A DNA stretch of 64,000 bases from assembly GCA_030704615.1 (NCBI GenBank), contig CM060734.1, forward strand, positions 38,564,001-38,628,000, in the 5' to 3' direction. The number at the start of each line of letters is the position of its first letter. The first letter of the stretch is position 1. A program made the translations under genes and the position numbers. The notes beneath the pieces are model-generated. The model ran no database searches. It was not told the origin of the DNA and saw only the letters and a program-made list of their open reading frames with translations. The DNA is from Takakia lepidozioides. Taxonomy: Eukaryota; Plantae; Bryophyta. Below are positions 38,726-51,350 of the stretch, piece after piece.

Positions 38726-41700
38726 ATACTTATACTATAGAGAAATCACTACAAAGTCTATCTATACATACTATACTATACTTACCCATATATATATATA
38801 TGTACAAAAATGGGCAACATAGCTGGCTCCACGTCCTCCCGCGCACTCGGAATGCGGCAATGTCCTGCACGTGGTCGGTGGGATCTGGCTCCTCTGTTGT
38901 AAACTGTCTTCACTCAATATGGCACCATGTGCCTCCATGTGGCGGCCCCTCTAGCGAATGGTGGGCCCATCAGATCAGCTTTTGGCAAAAAGTGATGATT
39001 TTTCAGCCTCATTTCCCTTTACCCCTGTCGCCAAGACCCGCGCGAGGTCGAAATCTGGCGATTATTCGCCACTAAAAGAATGGCTGCTGTGCAGTGTGAT
39101 GTGAACGGACCATGACAGGCTGAATAATGAATAAAGCTAGACCCAGTCAAGTTGTACAACTGTGATACAGGCTTAACATGGATTGATTGAAGAGCCTGGG
39201 AGATTATGTAGGGGCAAAAGTGTGTGTGGGCCTCTAAGGGAATGGGTAAAGAGGAGCAGTGGTGAGAGAGAGTTGAGATGGGGTAAAGGGTTATGTGGAA
39301 ATGAATGGAGGGCGTGAACGTTGAAAGTGTCACAAAAGGGCACTGAACTGAAATAGCTAACGTTGTCTTGCAATCCTTCCTCATTGCATCTCCTCCTCTA
39401 GGAACTTGTTGCAGACGTATAGAGTAGATATAACAGACACCAGTAAATTAGCCTGGACTAGAAAAGTTTTTTATGAACTGTATGAAGACTTGCCACACAT
39501 GGCTCCTTTGCAAATTTCATTGATCACTTTCAGAAGCAGTGGATGTGGACCGCTGTCTTCTAGAGCCCAACAGTGTAGGCGATGTGCATACAGTGTCTTG
39601 AAGGTATTGACAACATCAGCAAGTACAAGGGCGGCTACGTTTCTTAGGTTGCATAGAGTTGAAATCCATGTCTTGCAATTCTTTGTTGGCCTAGCAGTGA
39701 ACCTGAGTGCCAGAGTGTGTAAGCTCCAAATTATAATTCTTCAATTTTGATTGTGGTCTGTAGTCTCACCTTTGTTGGCTCTCTTGTAGAGAGAGACTTT
39801 GCAACATGTTCAAGTCAATTGAGAAAATGTGGTCAAAGGACCTTACACCGTGTCAAGGCTCCAATTGGTGTGTTGTGCTGAGTCATGCCCCTCTCTCACC
39901 TTCCTCTTATGTTTTGCCAAAGCAAGAGAGCCCATCGCCGTGTTAGGCTTGTTATTGTAGCAAATGAGGTGATGGCCCTCGGAGAGTCTGAGATGCATTT
40001 GCACATGGTTCAAATCTACAAATTGTGACTGCAAAGATGGTTGCTCTTTCTTTAATGCGCTTGTCCAAGGAATTTTTCCACTATTAAGTGTATATTGAAA
40101 TGCAACCGAGCAATTCATCTTCAAGAAAAAAATTGTACACTTTTGTCTCAGCTTCGATGTTAGCTTCTCCCCATTACTCACTGAACCTTCAAGGACTTAG
40201 CTTTTTCTTCAAGAGATGCCACTGCGCATTTGTGAGGAAACCCAAACATCTCGCCCATCATAAGTATGTGTCAAAAAGTTGTTATGATCTCGACTTGCAA
40301 CAAAAGATGACGCAATCGGTTTCCATTTAAAATCTCTTCACTTTTAAAAACAAAATGAAAGATGGATTCCTGAAGAAGCAAGCATAATTTATAGCATCTC
40401 TTCATCACGAAGGTCTGGTTGGAAGGTGAACACATTGTAACACTATGAAGTAGGCTAACTTGGTTATCCAAACCTTTTGATAATGACTCAAAAGCCATCA
40501 CGTACCCACACATTAGGTTGACCAATGACACCTTCATGGCTTGGTTACTTATGATGGTGATATCGAACATACATAGAGATGATGACGCCAACCAAAATTA
40601 TGTAAAAATAAGCCTATGCCCCTTGCAGGTATTGTCCTTCTAGGAGTGGGCTCTACATATATAACCAAAACGTGGACAAAGCGACAGCTTGCCCACTTTT
40701 TATCTTATCTTTGTTGAGGATCACTTGAGTGAAGGATATAATGTTGATGATGTGGATAGCACGGAAGTAAGGTATGGTTGATTAGGCCAACGTTTTAGAT
40801 TGCAGATATGTTGGCAATGCACCCGGTCAGGGGCATCTACAAGGCAGTTTGTTAGCCACATTGTCTAGGGCTAAGATAAGTGGGGCATATTTTTCAAGTA
40901 GTGCGAGCCCTTAATATTTTCATACAACTTTTATCCAAGACTCTAATTACATAATATGATAGAGTCTTTGCGATTCTCCAAACCCAGTTTGTAGAATTAT
41001 ATGCATATGTATCTCCCACAAATAATTAGACACACCCAAGCTCTCCATCGGTGTTGCATTACTAAGAGTGAAAAACGGAAATGCAAATGCAAGGATATCC
41101 CTGTTACCACCATAAATCCAACCTTGTGGACATATCCACCATGGAAACACAAACTAGCCATTAAGGTAAAACCCTCAACACCTCTATCTATGGTGCCTCC
41201 ATGGAGTTGTCCCCATTAATATTTTTGATCTCTTAGAACTAAAATGTGACTAGCAGTGCAAGCAATCACTAATCTTATTTAGAGGGTTGCATCTGTTAAT
41301 TTATGTAACCTAGACCTAGTAACATGCAATATTTGTGGCTTTCGAGGGGTGATGTCCTCATAGGTTGATAGCCCACAATTAGCTCTAGAAGAAGACCAAT
41401 GTCTCCCACATACAGAGTATATCACGGCCAGGTCGAATCACATTCAAATAGCGTTGTGTCATGTGGTACAAAGCCCCATGTGGTTTTCCAACCGTCCTTC
41501 AATTTACAAAATGTCTTTTTGGACGCTCTAAATTGATATGGGGTTCTTGGAAAAGAAAACCTTGGCTTATGGTTTTTACATCTGTTGTGAGCACGCTACC
41601 AACTACATCGTTGTCCAATCCACACAACACATACAAAAGACACACATCATGTCCATCATAGCTAGGTTCACTAATTTCATTAGTATAAAAACTACTTGAC

Positions 41701-43099
41701 ACATCTCTCACTAATTGATAGCTTAGTAGATGGGTGTGAGGATCCTAAACTTGAATCTTGGTATGGCTGACACTCGATTTTTGGGCTATCACTTTAAAGC
41801 CTACCTTTGTTGTTGTTGTTGGATTGAAGTGGCCCTACTCCGAGACAATGAGGGTGCCAAAACAACACATTTTGGGGGCAAGGCTGTGAAGGGCTTGAGA
41901 AGTAGAAGATACTCGTTTTCGACATATACTTGTCCGTGTCTCTCTTTTAGAGATGGAATCGTACCGGTCCCACTGTTGTGAATAGTATAAATAAGGATCC
42001 AAATCTTGGTAGCGATCAAAAAAAAAAAAAAAAAAAAGAGAACAATGGAGCATCCAACTGGTCGGATGATAGGGGACGTGTGAATGGCTGATTTGCAAGG
42101 CCATGTGCTGAGTAGAGCAAATAATTATGAATCATCATGAGGCAATGGTCCCCCTTCTAGAGCTTTCTAGGAGGACCATAAGGGTAATATATATATATAT
42201 ATAGGACCTCCTCAGTCTGCTGGAGTGCAGGGCCTGTGGTGGGCTTTGGCTATTGGCAGCCCCCCTTACAAAACCTAAACTGGAAAAAGAACCATCACTA
42301 AATCAATAGAAACGTGTATTTTGTCATATTGATGTTCGAACCAAGCAATTTATCCATCTTTTAAATATGGCTGAGAAGATAGGTAAAAAAATGTTGACTC
42401 GGATTACATTCAAGTTCTGAATTCACTGTATGATCCTTGAATGAATTGAAACTCACATCTGATGGATGATTGAACTTTAAGCGAGCTAGAGACCTCACCA
42501 TGGTTCCATCATTTATGATTATGAGCTTGCTCTTTATTAAGAGGAATGAATGGTTCTCTATTATTCTCCAGATTATTTGTCAGTGGGAGAAAGCACATTT
42601 TTATGACTTATCATGTCACCTATATACAACAGATGGTCGGTCCAATGTACAATTTATTTAGTTAATTGATTGATACAATTGAACCCAAATTGGTCATTGG
42701 ACAATGGTCCAATTGATTGTGGGTTCAAACTAATATGGGCGTATGTTGGATGTCAACCATTATAGTCTATCTAATAATGCAACAATGTGAGGGTGCTTGG
42801 AGGCTTTAACATCATTTGGTAAGGGTCACCTCAGTTAGTCAATAGGTCAATTAATATCACTTAATGTGACAGTGCTTGGAGGCTTTTGAATCTTTGGGGG
42901 AAGGTTTGGACTATTGTTGGGCAGATTTTTTTGCATTGTGGCTCAATAGACCCCCCATGATTATGAACCCAAGCATATTACCACTTCACCGGCTGTCATT
43001 CTCAAAACACGAATTAACCAAGAAAAATATATATTCGTCAAATACTTACTAGTTTGACATATATTCACATTTTTTAGACTGATAAAATATTGTAAAATA

Positions 43100-43291
43100 A
43101 TTGAAATCGAGTAAATTTACCTTAAAAATAAAACCGGAGCCTAACCGGAAGTGATGTCTTTTTGCGACAATTAACTGGTAACCGCATGTTTAACAAAATA
43201 AATATGGGAACAGATAGGGAATCGTGTCTTGAAAGAATTGTGGAACTGGGACCAAAGGTTCTTTCACAAATGCAGGAACCGCCCAACACTG
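43100..43291. mobile_element. hAT-like element end (TIR ...ccgcccaacactg)
   Basis: Terminal sequence is the reverse complement of CAGTGTTGGGCGG, with subterminal AACCG motifs. The partner end was not found. Confidence 0.45.
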
Positions 43292-43434
43292 GTGGTCAGC
43301 TTCAAAATGGTTATTTATAAGAATGAAGTGACATCATACTTTACGCTTGATTCAGTTTTGTGAAGGCTATGAATCAAGCGTGACCCAGATGCTCCTGTCC
43401 TTTGTAGCTCGCTCAATGATAATGGGGATTATAG

Positions 43435-43812
43435 TCTAGGACATTGAGAATGAACTTGCTATGCAAAGAAACACCGCGAGTACTGCGAGTGAGAATACTT
43501 ATAACATCCATGCACACACAGAAATCTTGGAAAGTACACACAAAACGAACATCAGTAATTTGCTTAAACACCCGGCTGTCCCCCAAACCAAAGGTAATTA
43601 ACTTATATTAAAACCCCTAGGTTGGAAGCCTAGCCACATGCTCCAACATGAGAGAGCAATAAAGCTCTAAACAATGCCAACCATGCAAGATTAATTATTC
43701 TTGATACTATTATTCTAATTAATTCTATTTATTCTAATCTATCTAATTATTCTAAGAATTCTAATTAATTCTTGGGTAACCAAATAAATCCTAAAACTAA
43801 CATATTTCTACA
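43435..43812 (-). mobile_element. Possible solo LTR
   Basis: Ends t(c)tagga...tttctaca with near-matching flanks atag/atgg and LTR-like internal composition. Confidence 0.4.
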
Positions 43813-44467
43813 ATGGTCACAAGCAATAGGGCAGTGAATACCTCCACGCCTAATGAATAAGATGACAATGCACATTAGGAAAACCTTAGCCATCACAATT
43901 TGAGTAAACATTTTTGTTGCCTTCGCAGCCATGTCTGTGAATCTTCATAAATGAAAAAAAAATGGTTGGTCTACTATACTTACACAGTGTCAAAAGACTC
44001 TAATAGGTCCAAACACGATCACTGTTGCATCTAGTCATGCCAATTAGAAAGTATTGACATGAGTAATTATAATTTGTGTACAATAGAATAGCGTGAGATA
44101 TAGCATAAACTATTTAGAACATCAACCACAACTCATTTTTGCCCTAATCGACAGAGCATTTTTCCATTTGCGGCTTGTTTTACTAAATACATGATTGAGC
44201 AGATGCATAGTACAGGCAAGCCTTGCCCTCTTGTTATACGAGCCCCAAGACAATGGAGTTTAGGAAAAGACGTCTTTCTCAATATTGCTCATTATTTCTA
44301 GTGAATTCAAACATATATCACACAACTACTTCATGAAAAAGGTATAATTGAGATCACTTCTTACAGCTGTGCTCAAACTATATCCTTGTAGGTACGAAAA
44401 TGCCTTAAAGATGAATCTCACTCTAAGGCTCAATAGTTTTCCTTGTAATATCCACTCTACTTCTCCC

Positions 44468-45056
44468 TGTCAAGGACGAGAACATAACTGAACACAAACA
44501 AGAGATCAGACTAGAGGTACAAGACTAGACAAGAAGTCAAGGTCGGCGTGGCCGAATGTACGATGAGTAAATAAGAATCAAGACGATCTTTATAACAATG
44601 AACAAGAGTACAAGATATTGGAACACGACTTGAATATTGGAATGCTGGAAACTGGACTGGAGTACCAGATATTGGAAACTGGGCTAGAGTACTGGGAACT
44701 GGAAACAAGAGTAGCTTGAACTGGTGTTGGCAAGACTGAAGAGTGTCCAGTCTCACCTCCTATGGAGGTTGTTTGCTGGAGAAGTTTCCAAGATTAAACA
44801 AAGGTTTCTTGATGGAGAAGCTTCCTTAAACAAATGAGGTATCTTGATGGAGAAGTTTCCTCCAAAGGAAGCTTCCTGAGTAGTTTTCCAAGTTACTCTT
44901 GGTAATTTGATAAACTCCCGGTAACTTGATAAGTAATGGTAAATCATGGTAAATAATGATAAATCACGGTAAGTCATTGTAACTTTTGGTACCATGGTAA
45001 CTTGGTAACTTCTGGTATTTCCTCCTGGTAAGTTCATCTGGGCTATGTCCGTGACA
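44468..45056 (-). repeat. 3' LTR (589 bp)
   Basis: Aligns to 50219-50842. I counted 9 substitutions in the first ~290 bp (8 transitions), plus a 43-bp deletion and an 8-bp insertion. Confidence 0.95.
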
Positions 45057-45110
45057 TCACCCCATCCTCTAGCGCCGAGTTCCTCGAGGACGGTAAAATC
45101 TTGGACTTGC

Positions 45111-45512
45111 TTAGAGTTGGAGAAAATCCAAAATCCGACGAATGGTACTTGCCAAATATTCGGCTCTTCGTTCTTGACTCAAATGATTTATAGGTCCCTG
45201 CAACCATCGATAGTGTCCAACACCTTGAACTTGGGACCACGCAGTGATTTGAGCATTCTGATTTTCGAAGCTGCATTCAAACATGATTTCGTTGCTTTCT
45301 GGGTCCGAAGCCTCAACCTCCAACAAAATTATCAGACTTCGAGTAGGCTCCACTTGCCGTCGTACGGGGTTCAGACGAGGAAGTACGCGTCGCATTGGTG
45401 GCCCATCGTCTCGAGAGCGTCGGCGTGATGTTGAAGGTCGTGAGAATCGGAATGGCTGATCTGGTAGCTGGGTAAGCGACAACTCCAATGTATCTGGTTC
45501 ATGTGACTCCAT
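45111..45512 (-). CDS. Accessory ORF of unknown function between pol and PPT (133 aa, MESHEPDT...LDFLQL)
   Basis: Open frame within ORF 45111-45620, preceded by TATA motif CAGTATATATAG at 45561-45550. Confidence 0.5.
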   Translation of the reverse strand: MESHEPDTLELSLTQLPDQPFRFSRPSTSRRRSRDDGPPMRRVLPRLNPVRRQVEPTRSLIILLEVEASDPESNEIMFECSFENQNAQITAWSQVQGVGHYRWLQGPINHLSQERRAEYLASTIRRILDFLQL

Positions 45513-45658
45513 ACTGCCAATACAAGATGCAAGAGTGCTGGAAGTGTAGCTATATATACTGATGTGTGGGGCTCCTCCCTCCTTAGCGTGTATCAGGTAC
45601 ATTGAATGTGGAGTCTTCACCTTGAAGCTAACTTGACTGGCATCATCGTTGTGACGTC

Positions 45659-48600
45659 TTATTGACGTGTAGCTCGGGGCTTAGCTGGATATCGTTGATG
45701 AAACTCTTGGACTTTGTTAGATGCATTGGCGAGATTGGATGAAGGTTCCCACGTTCGTTCACTGATGTTGTAGCCTTTCCAATGTACGAAATACTCAAGA
45801 CGTTTATACTTGATGCGAGAGTCTAGGACTTCGTCGACTTCATACTCAAGTTCTTGATTGACTTCGACTGATGGAGGTGGTACGGAGACTCTCCCTGGAA
45901 TATTCGATGGATGATACAACTCCAATAATGAAACATGAAAGACTGGATGGATGCGCATACTTCGTGGGAGTTCAAGCCGAAAACTGACCGGATTTATTTG
46001 TCGAATAATTTTGAATGGTCCCAGGCGTTGATAATCCAACTTCCTTGATGGTCGCGAGGTTTGTATGTCTCGTCGAAGAAGCCACACACGATCTCCGACC
46101 TTGAACTGGGGTTGGAGTTGGCGACGTTGATCTGCATACTCCTTGTATTGTTTTTGAGCTTCTGCGAGGTAGAATGTAAGCTCCTTGTGAATCGTAACAA
46201 GATGAGTAGCAAGGTTTTATACAGCAGGGCTTCCAACAGTCTTCATGTGGAAAGGGTTTGCTCGAGGATGATGACCATAATTGGAGAAAATTAGAGTTTG
46301 TTGGATCAAAGAATGTATAGTGTTGTTGTAGGCAAACTCAGTCAATGACAAAACGTCCGTCCAATTGATAATTTATCGTACATCGAAGATACTGCTCCAA
46401 AATCTGGTTTACACGTTCGGTTTGACCATTAGTCTGTGAATGATTAGTTGTAGAAAGGTTGATCTTAGTATCCAATATGTGAAATAATCCCCTCCAGAAA
46501 TTTGATATGAACTGTGGTCATCGATCAGATACGATGTCCTTCGGGAGTCCATGAATGCGGTAGATATTATTGAGGAAGAGTCTTGCAGTTTCCTCGCCAG
46601 TAACTGTCTTATTGCATGGAATGAAATGTGTCATCTTCGTAAAACGATCTACAATAACAAGGATTGAATCAGTGGTCTTGGAGATTGGAAGGTCCGTAAT
46701 AAAGTCCATAGACACGGACGACCATGGACCCTTGGGAATGGGTAATGGTTGAAGGCCGTAAGGTCGATGTCATGGTCTCTTCGCTCTAGCACACGTGTAA
46801 ATTCTTATAAATTCTTTCACGAGTTTCCACATCTGCGGCCACCAATAGTCCCTGGATATCAATTCCATTGTTTTGTTGAAGCCGAAATGTCCTGCAGCCG
46901 GAAGATCATAACATGTTTGAAGAATTCGAAGTCGTGTAAGTCCTGGAGGTACATAGAGAAGTCCCTTGAACTAAAGTAAGTCATCTTTGAACTCCAAGTC
47001 GTTTGTAACATGTGGGTTGTCTCGAGGTCGATTTAGTTGACTTCGTAGTGTCATAGCGAATTGGTCACTCTTTAGTGCTTCCTGAATCTCCTTTATGATC
47101 TTGGCATCGTCATAGGTGGACATGGATAGCATATTCAATTGGAGATTTGTTGGTTTCAAGATGATGGATTTCTGTTGGTCAAAAGCTGCATCATCTTCTT
47201 TTGGCGCAATATACGATTGTCGAGAAAGAGCATCTGGTTTTCCTTGAAGATGTCCGAGATGGTAGGTAATAAGAAAATCAAACCTTGCTAGTGACATACT
47301 CCATCTCGCTTGACGTCGATTCAAAACACGAGCACTCATAAAATATTCGAGGTTTTTGTGATCGGTATAGACAGTGACCTGATGTTTAGCTCCCTCCAAT
47401 AGATGACGCCACTCCTCAAAAGCATCGATAATCGCTAGAAGTTCTTTATCATGGATTTCATAATTGATCTCCGCAGCGGAAAATTAGCGAGAACGAAAAC
47501 CAACAGGGTGGAGTCGGCCATCTGTACCGTATTGTGAGAGTACCGCGCCAAATGCAAAGTCCGATGCATCTGCTTCTAAGAAGAATGATTTAGATGGGTC
47601 TGCATGTACCAGTATTGAAGCCGTTGTAAATGCCTGCTTCAGCCTTTCAAATGTCTGGTCAGCCTTCTTGTCCCATACAAATTTGTCCTTCCATGTGAGT
47701 CGTGTCAATGGTGCAGCAATTTTGGAGTAGTCATTGATAAAGATTCTATAGAAATTTGCAAAACCCAGAAAACATTGTACATCTCGGACCGAAGTTGGTT
47801 TAATCCACTCGATGATGGTTTGTATTTTCTTCTGATCCATAAAGACGCCTTTGTCGGAAATAATGTAGCCCAAAAATTCGACCTCAGATTGATGGAAAAG
47901 ACATTTCTCTAACTTGGCATATAGTCATATTTCTCTTAATTTATCAAGGACAAGGCGTACATGGCGGCCATGTTCTTCTTTGTTCTGTGAAAATATCAAA
48001 ATGTCGTCCAAATAGATGACTACAAATTCATCTAAAAATTCTCGCAAGATGTCATTCATCATATGTTGGAAAATTGCTGGAGCATTTGTAAGACCGAAAG
48101 GCATAACACTGTATTCAAAATGTCCATACCTTGTTCGAAAAACTGTTTTTCATTCGTCTCCTTCTTTTATCCGTACAAGGTTATAAGCTCCTCTCAAGTC
48201 GATTTTGGTAAAAATCTTCGCTCGTCCTAGCTGGTCGAGAAGCCCAGAAATCAGCAACAACGGATAACGATTCTTGATTGTGACTTTGTTGAGACCGCGA
48301 TAGTCGACACACATGCGTAATGATCCGTTTTTTTTTTCCACAAACAAGATAGGCGCCCCCGCGGATGATTTGGAATGTCGGATGAAGTGCTTTGACAAAT
48401 TTTCATCAATGTATTCGCGTAATGCAACCAACTCCGTCTGGGATAAGTTATAGATTGGGCCGAATGGTGGTTGGGCTCCTTCTTGTAACTCAATTGCACA
48501 GTCATAAGGTCGATGTTCTGGCAATATGTCTGCATTTTTCTTCTCGAAGACATCTTTGAAATCTTGATATTGAGCGGGTAATGTTGAAGTATCTTTGTCT

Positions 48601-49172
48601 GTTGTGGTCTTGATCGGAGTCGCATAAATTGCAAATGCCACCTCCTTTTTGGTAGCTCTCATGAAGGCTCTAGCTCCAAGAAACAGGGGTTGAATACCTT
48701 TGGTACTTTTGCATTTTTGTCTTGACGAAATTTTTCGTGATTGCCAGTCGATGTCAGGATTATGAAGTACAAACCAGGGAAGTCCAAGGATCACATGATT
48801 CGTTGGAGACTGGATGACATTGAAAACAATCTGTGATGCTTGATTTTTAAGCTTCACTTCAAAGGGTCGAGTTTCATGGTCAACATTTCCTGATGCTAAC
48901 GGTCGTCCATCGATAACTTCAACAAGGGCCGAGAATTTCTTTCTTACGAGCGTTAAATTGTGTTGCTTCGCAAAGTATTTGTCACTAAAACACGCTGAAG
49001 CGCCCGAGTCCAAAAGTGCTTCTACGGAGATATCTCGATTTTGCATCCTGATCTTTACTAGAACTGTGAAACAAGATACAGGGTCTGGAAGTAGAAAGAG
49101 ACATTTTTTTGGTGAGGAATTTGGGGTGTCCAGCCGCATGGTCCCTACTGTGACTGGACATCTTCGTTTTCC
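45659..49172 (-). pseudogene. pol (protease, RT, RNase H, integrase, chromodomain), disrupted by stops and frameshifts
   Basis: [10 protein letters not shown]; [11 protein letters not shown]; YLDD near 48005; EADASDFA; VYTDHKNL; SMDFITDLP; GPFKI; EYEVDEVLDSR...YFVHWKGY...TWEP. Confidence 0.95.
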
Positions 49173-50180
49173 GACCTCCTCGTATCGAACACTTGAGTGG
49201 TACCCCGAGCTTTGAATCTTCTCTTGTTGGGGCAGTTTAATGCCATGTGATCATTTTCTCCGCAATAAAGGCATAATCCATTCGAGCGTCGTCTTTGTTT
49301 TTCATGTGGCGTCAATGGCTTGAATCGGACAGCATCAATCATTACCGGATGTTTGATGGATCATTGTATTTGGTGTCGTAGTAACAGCGGCATGGTGCGT
49401 CGTCGACCATCTAGATCGCTTCTCTTGACGTCTTTCGAACAAACGATTATCGCATGCAATGACTTGGGTGATGAATTCGCTCAGTGTACTCACGTTTGGC
49501 ATTGTCAGCAACAAATCTTTAATATCATCTTTTAGGCCACATCGAAACTGACTAATAAGGCTCTTCTCATTCCAGTCAAGGTCGCACGTAAGTTGTCGAA
49601 ATTCGGCAGCATAAACGGAAGCTGGACGTGCTCCTTGTCGAAGATTTCGTATCTTTGTCTCTGCAACTCTCTCTCTATCATTCTCTCCAAACGTTGCAGT
49701 GAACTCGGACATGAACGCTTCAAAATTGTATAGTAAATGCGAAATTTTCTCTAATAGCGGTGCAAACCAAGATAGGGCAGTGCCTGATAGAAGGGTACCC
49801 ACGAATCCCACTTGAATACCTTCATCAGAGTAGTGTTGTGGATGTAGTCGTAGGAACAATCGTACTTGTTGAACAAAACCGCGAAATCTTGATCTCGTCC
49901 CATCAAATTTCTCGGGCATGCTGACATTTGGTTCCCTTGTAATCTGTTGAAGATTTGGAGGAACCGTTGCAGTAGGATTTGTTGTAGTAGGGACTCGTAA
50001 GGTTGAAGATCCATTGTTCGACTCCTACAACTCTGAAATTTGTTGTTGCAAATTGTTGAGAGCATTGTCAAGGTCTTGAGACTGATCAGCTTGTAGTTGG
50101 GCAGTAGAGGCACGAAGTTCTTGCATCTAGAACTGAAGACTCTGCAATGTGGCGACCATTTCCGCAAATGTGCCTTCCAT
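49145..50180 (-). pseudogene. gag with CCHC zinc knuckle, disrupted
   Basis: MPEKFDGTRSRFRGFVQQ..., [29 protein letters not shown]; premature TAG near the 5' end and a frameshift near 49340. Confidence 0.9.
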
Positions 50181-50218
50181 CTTAAGTAACTAAGGAACAA
50201 ACTTGAATTTCGCCAAAC

Positions 50219-50842
50219 TGTCTAGGACGAGAACATGACTGAACACAAACAAGAGATTAGACTAGAGGTACAAGACTAGACAAGAAGTCAAGGTCGGCGT
50301 GGCCGAATGTACGATGAGTAAATAGGAATCAAGACGATCTTTATAACAATGAACAAGAGTACAAGATATTGGAACATGACTTGAATATTGGAATGTTGGA
50401 AACTGGACTGGAGTACCAGATATTGGAAACTGGGCTAGAGTACTGGGAATTGGAAACAAGAGTAGCTTGAACTGGTGTTGGCGAGACTGAAGAGTGTCCA
50501 GTCTCGCCTCCTATATATACTGGCTACTAAGAAGCTTCCCTAAGAAGTTTCCCCTATGGAGGTTGCTTGCTGGAGAAATTTCCAAGATTAAACAAAGGTT
50601 TCTTGATGGAGAAGCTTCCTTAAACAAATGAGATATCTTGATGGAGAAGTTTCCTCCAAAGGAAGCTTCCTGAGTAGTTTTCCAAGTTACTCTTAGTAAT
50701 TTGGTAAACTCCCGGTAACTTGGTAAGTAATGATAAATCATGGTAGATAATGGTAAATCACGATAAGTTATGGTAACTTTTGATAACTTGGTAACTTCTG
50801 GTATTTCCTCTTGGTAAGTTCTTCTGGGCTATGTCCGTGACA
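50219..50842 (-). repeat. 5' LTR (624 bp) with TATA box at 50512-50519
   Basis: Matches the 3' LTR; followed on the minus strand by a non-tRNA PBS-like sequence gtttggcgaaatt. Confidence 0.95.
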
Positions 50843-51034
50843 CTCCCTATCCTGCTTTGCTCCTTCTAGACAAGGAGAATCCATGGCCAAAACGTTGTAG
50901 AAAAAAAAACTATAAGCTCAAACAACACTTGTGTCACTCGACTGGAAAGGGCAACTTCTCTGTCATGTTTGCTTTAGAGGAATATCATGAATTAAGGTTG
51001 TGAAGCCCAAGATTCCGGTGGAGGGGGTTTATTC

Positions 51035-51350
51035 CAGTGTTGGGCGGGGGTATATGTTGACATATATACCCGGCCAGGTAATAATCAAGGTATCATATTA
51101 TTGAGACCCGCCACCCAAATTTTGGGTGGGCCCGACTTGAGTTGGAACCGGCGAGGACCATCTCGCCACTTACCTGGCCCAAGGTGGAACAGGCGGTGGG
51201 GGGGGGGGGCAACTTGGCTTACTACATGGAACCTAATTTGAACCTTGAAAATCAGCCGAGTAGCAACTTTTGAACACGACCTTGAGATTTTATTACAATT
51301 GAGCCGCATTCATGGGTAGTAATTATGCAGCTGCATAGGGTCCGCATTTT
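51035..51350. mobile_element. hAT-like element end (TIR CAGTGTTGGGCGG)
   Basis: Same 13-nt terminus as 43279-43291, facing away from it; GC-rich subterminal region. The other end was not found. Confidence 0.45.

Larger units (their letters stand above)
44468..50842 (-). mobile_element. Full-length Ty3/gypsy chromovirus (Tcn1-like) LTR retrotransposon
   Basis: LTRs 50219-50842 (5') and 44468-45056 (3') with TG...CA ends; 5-bp TSD CTCCC at 44463-44467 and 50843-50847; PPT 45057-45072; domain order gag-PR-RT-RH-INT-chromo. Confidence 0.97.

Noticed and set aside
39060-42000. Long degenerate coding-like tract on the minus strand
   Set aside because: Many stops and no motif I could recognise. 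It may be an old TE or viral relic, but that needs a translated search.
43279-51047. Inverted 14-mer pair (ccgcccaacactgg / ccagtgttgggcgg) as TIRs of one 7.8-kb element
   Set aside because: The termini face outward, so they are ends of two separate hAT-like copies.
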